Shown piece after piece: positions 61,292 through 64,000 of a stretch of DNA of 64,000 nucleotides. Each line of letters starts with the position of its first letter. Within the stretch, counting starts at the first letter, position 1. The DNA lies in NCBI GenBank assembly GCA_965202585.1, contig OZ241830.1, forward strand, positions 48,050,001 through 48,114,000. Reading direction: 5' to 3'. Origin of the DNA: Thalia democratica (Eukaryota). The position numbers and the translations under genes are program-made. The notes below the pieces were generated by a model. It did not search any database. It was not told where the DNA came from and worked only from the letters and a program-made list of their open reading frames with translations.

Positions 61292-64000
61292 AAAATAAAT
61301 CAAATTACTCATCCAAATATCATCTAACAAACACAACTAAACTAATCATTACAGAGATAGTATAGTACAAATAATATTACGCTTTAACTAAATAGTTCAA
61401 ATAAATCGTCATAATAATTTTCAACAAAACTTGGACCTCTTTATTGGTCCTTTACGCCTAATAAACAAATAAAAATATTTTAGAAGTTTGTCAATAACTA
61501 AACGCTAAAAGTAACATAAACTAGCTGTGGTATTAAAATTTAAATTTTATTAGTCTTTTAATTTGGTTTATCATTTTTCTATGATAAATTTTTAAATTAT
61601 ATTTTATTTTCATTATGTATTAATACAAAAATTATTATATTTTTTAAAAAGTAATTAGATTGATGATAATTAGAAAGATTTTAGATATAATGTTTAAAAT
61701 TTTTTGGTTTAAAAATTACGTTAAACAAAATTTTTGTAATTTTTTTGATTCTTAAAATATTTAGGTTAGGCGATGTGGACGATTTGTAAGTCTTGGTATA
61801 AATATTACTCAAATTGTTTTTTTTTCACATTTCAGCACTACAGAGGTCAAAAGTTAAATTTATTTTTTTGATGTCATGTAAAACTTATTTTCCTTAAAAC
61901 AAAATTTTAAAGTTAATCTCTTTGATTCTTTTCTTATTTACCTTTTAGGATTGTACAACTAAATCTTTTTTTTGCTTAAAAAATTATTTCTGACATATCT
62001 AATGCCTAAATATTTTTTTTTTGATTTTATTTTTATGTTACCCGAATTAACTTTAACAGACCTATACTATATTACTTAATCATAGATGTTTTATTTTGGT
62101 TAACTAGATTAGAAACAAGGGTAAACTATTAAATATCTTTATCATTTGCCGGCTTTATAAAAAGTCAATGTTTTGTTTAGGTAAAAGATAAAACAAAAAA
62201 TATCAGTTATATTTTGAAAAAAGAGCACATTAAACTAGTGTTCTACACAAATTAAGACCCGGCCGAATCCGGGTAAAATTTACCTAAAAAAGGCTTTTAG
62301 GAGGCCAATCATAGAAAAATAAAACTCTTTGCTGCTGTGTAATTTTTAAAATTTTTTATACAATTTCGTTTGAAAACATTAAATACAAAATTATAGTAAA
62401 GTAATCATTTAATAAAAACTAATAAGTACGGAAAATTATTTCAATAGCTCAAAAAAAACAATTATTATAAAAATCGCATTTTTAGATGTACATTATATTT
62501 TAAGCAAAAAAAAAATGTTAGACGCCAGAATATTCTACTTTGCGGGCCGGGTCTCGCCTACAACCGTGCGTTGCCCATCCCAAACCTGTATTTATGTTGT
62601 TGCATAAAAACGAATTAGTTCGGATCAAATAATTCTGCTTTATTTATTTTTAAATAAATCAATAGTATAGAGAATAGGGATAGAAGATATCTGGCCTGTG
62701 GACAATAGTAAATAGTTTATTGAACAAAAGCAAAAAAAACAAAAATTTTTGCTCAAAAATTTTTTGGTTCAATGACCTGGATAGCAAAAAGACCTCTCGG
62801 TCATCAAGTTGCATACCCAAACTTAATCAAAATTATAATGAGCTAAAAACGAAAAAAAAAAGACAAAGAAAAATTTAAACTCTAAAAAGCAAAGCTCTAT
62901 GAAAAATGACACTATTAAACTTTACAATATTAAATATTTTTCTAAAAAGAAAAATTAATTAAAAACTTTCCGAAAAAAAATTAAATAATTTTTACACACA
63001 CATGTATCTAACATTATATACACATAAAATATATATCTAACTTTACGTTAAAAAATTAAGTTTTTATCTAAAGTTAAAATTTTAATATTCAGCCAGAACT
63101 TTGCAAATAAATTACCCTTTTATATGATTTAAAAAAGAGAAAAAAAAAAACGTATTAAGTTTTTTCTTTTTTTTTATGTGTGTTTAAGAATTTCGACTCT
63201 ACTACCAACTTATCTTAACTTATCAAAAAATAAGTAACAGTAAAATAAAGCTATAACATTGAAAAAATAAAAATAAAGTAAAGCTGCAATATTCAAAAAA
63301 AGTAAAATAAAGCTGTATCTATAAAAAAAATTGCTTAATCTAAATAAAAAGTATAGAATAAATATACCATTTTAATTAAGTATTTTGTGCTAAAAAGGTT
63401 TTTTTTTTATTCGACAGTTTAAGTTGAAAAATAAAAATATTTCACATTTTAATAGTTAAACAAACTATTGTAAAATTTTTAAGAATTTTAAAGAAGTGAT
63501 TTTTACAATTACTGAACTTAACTTTTATAAATGAAAATATGAAGATACGTATTACGTAAAAAAAAAAAAACAATAATAATTTTAATAACAATGATATTAG
63601 CAACAAAAAATTTCTTTCCATTAAATCTATCAAAAAAAAAAAACTTTTTTCTCTTTTTTGAACACTTGTCTAAGTCTTAACTCTAATAATAGAAAGAAAA
63701 CATTATTTGCAAACATAAAAAAGAAGAACTTTTCTTTGCTTTGCTCAAAAATAGATTTTTTAACATAAATTTGCTTGAAGCAGTTATCTCAGCTTGATTT
63801 TTAAATACTTTATTTTCTGCTAAAATATAAACATCTATAACTATTCTTTTTACATTTGCATGAAATAAAAATAAAAAAATTATAATGATATATAATAATA
63901 TATACAATATGTAACCGGCTCGCACTAAATTTTTAATGATAAAATTTTGTACAAAATAAGGGAATAAATAATTTTTTTTTATTAATAATAAACTGTATTG

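Noticed and set aside
18190-63925. Numerous 60-100 aa F/L/I/K-rich ORFs in AT-rich DNA
   Set aside because: Composition is what is expected by chance in AT-rich non-coding sequence. Exceptions that are real exons or TE fragments are listed as features.

Overview
AT-rich, TE-dense genomic DNA from an intron-containing eukaryote; an invertebrate animal such as a Hydra-like cnidarian is plausible, but the host cannot be fixed from this window. Two host genes lie in tandem on the minus strand. One is a CCDC6 orthologue with an uninterrupted CDS (43774-45141). The other is a 12-exon CD36/SCARB-family scavenger receptor (28624-42949, about 507 aa), which needs two consecutive GC-AG introns to splice in frame. 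A spliced ORF with a possibly degenerate tyrosine-recombinase-like domain enters at the left edge. Conventional TEs include a decayed Ty3/Gypsy element (56259-61291), a decayed CR1/L2-type LINE, three Penelope-like fragments, TTAA-flanked Kolobok-type MITEs, a hAT element with an 8-bp TSD and two MULE/foldback-like elements. The standout is a young 8.9-kb LTR element (5198-14115, minus strand). Its 729-bp LTRs differ at one position I could find, and it has a 4-bp TSD and a tRNA-Trp-type PBS. It has three intact ORFs: a CHCC Gag that starts inside the LTR, a protease ORF reached by an apparent -1 frameshift, and a class III (herpes gB-like) envelope glycoprotein. It has no RT, RNase H or integrase; where Pol should be there is a novel 3x29-aa W/F-rich repeat and 1.9 kb of non-coding DNA. 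A solo LTR of the same family is inserted independently 155 bp away in the opposite orientation. The DNA between the two insertions looks tRNA-derived and highly structured. All homology calls are motif recognition by eye; no searches were run.
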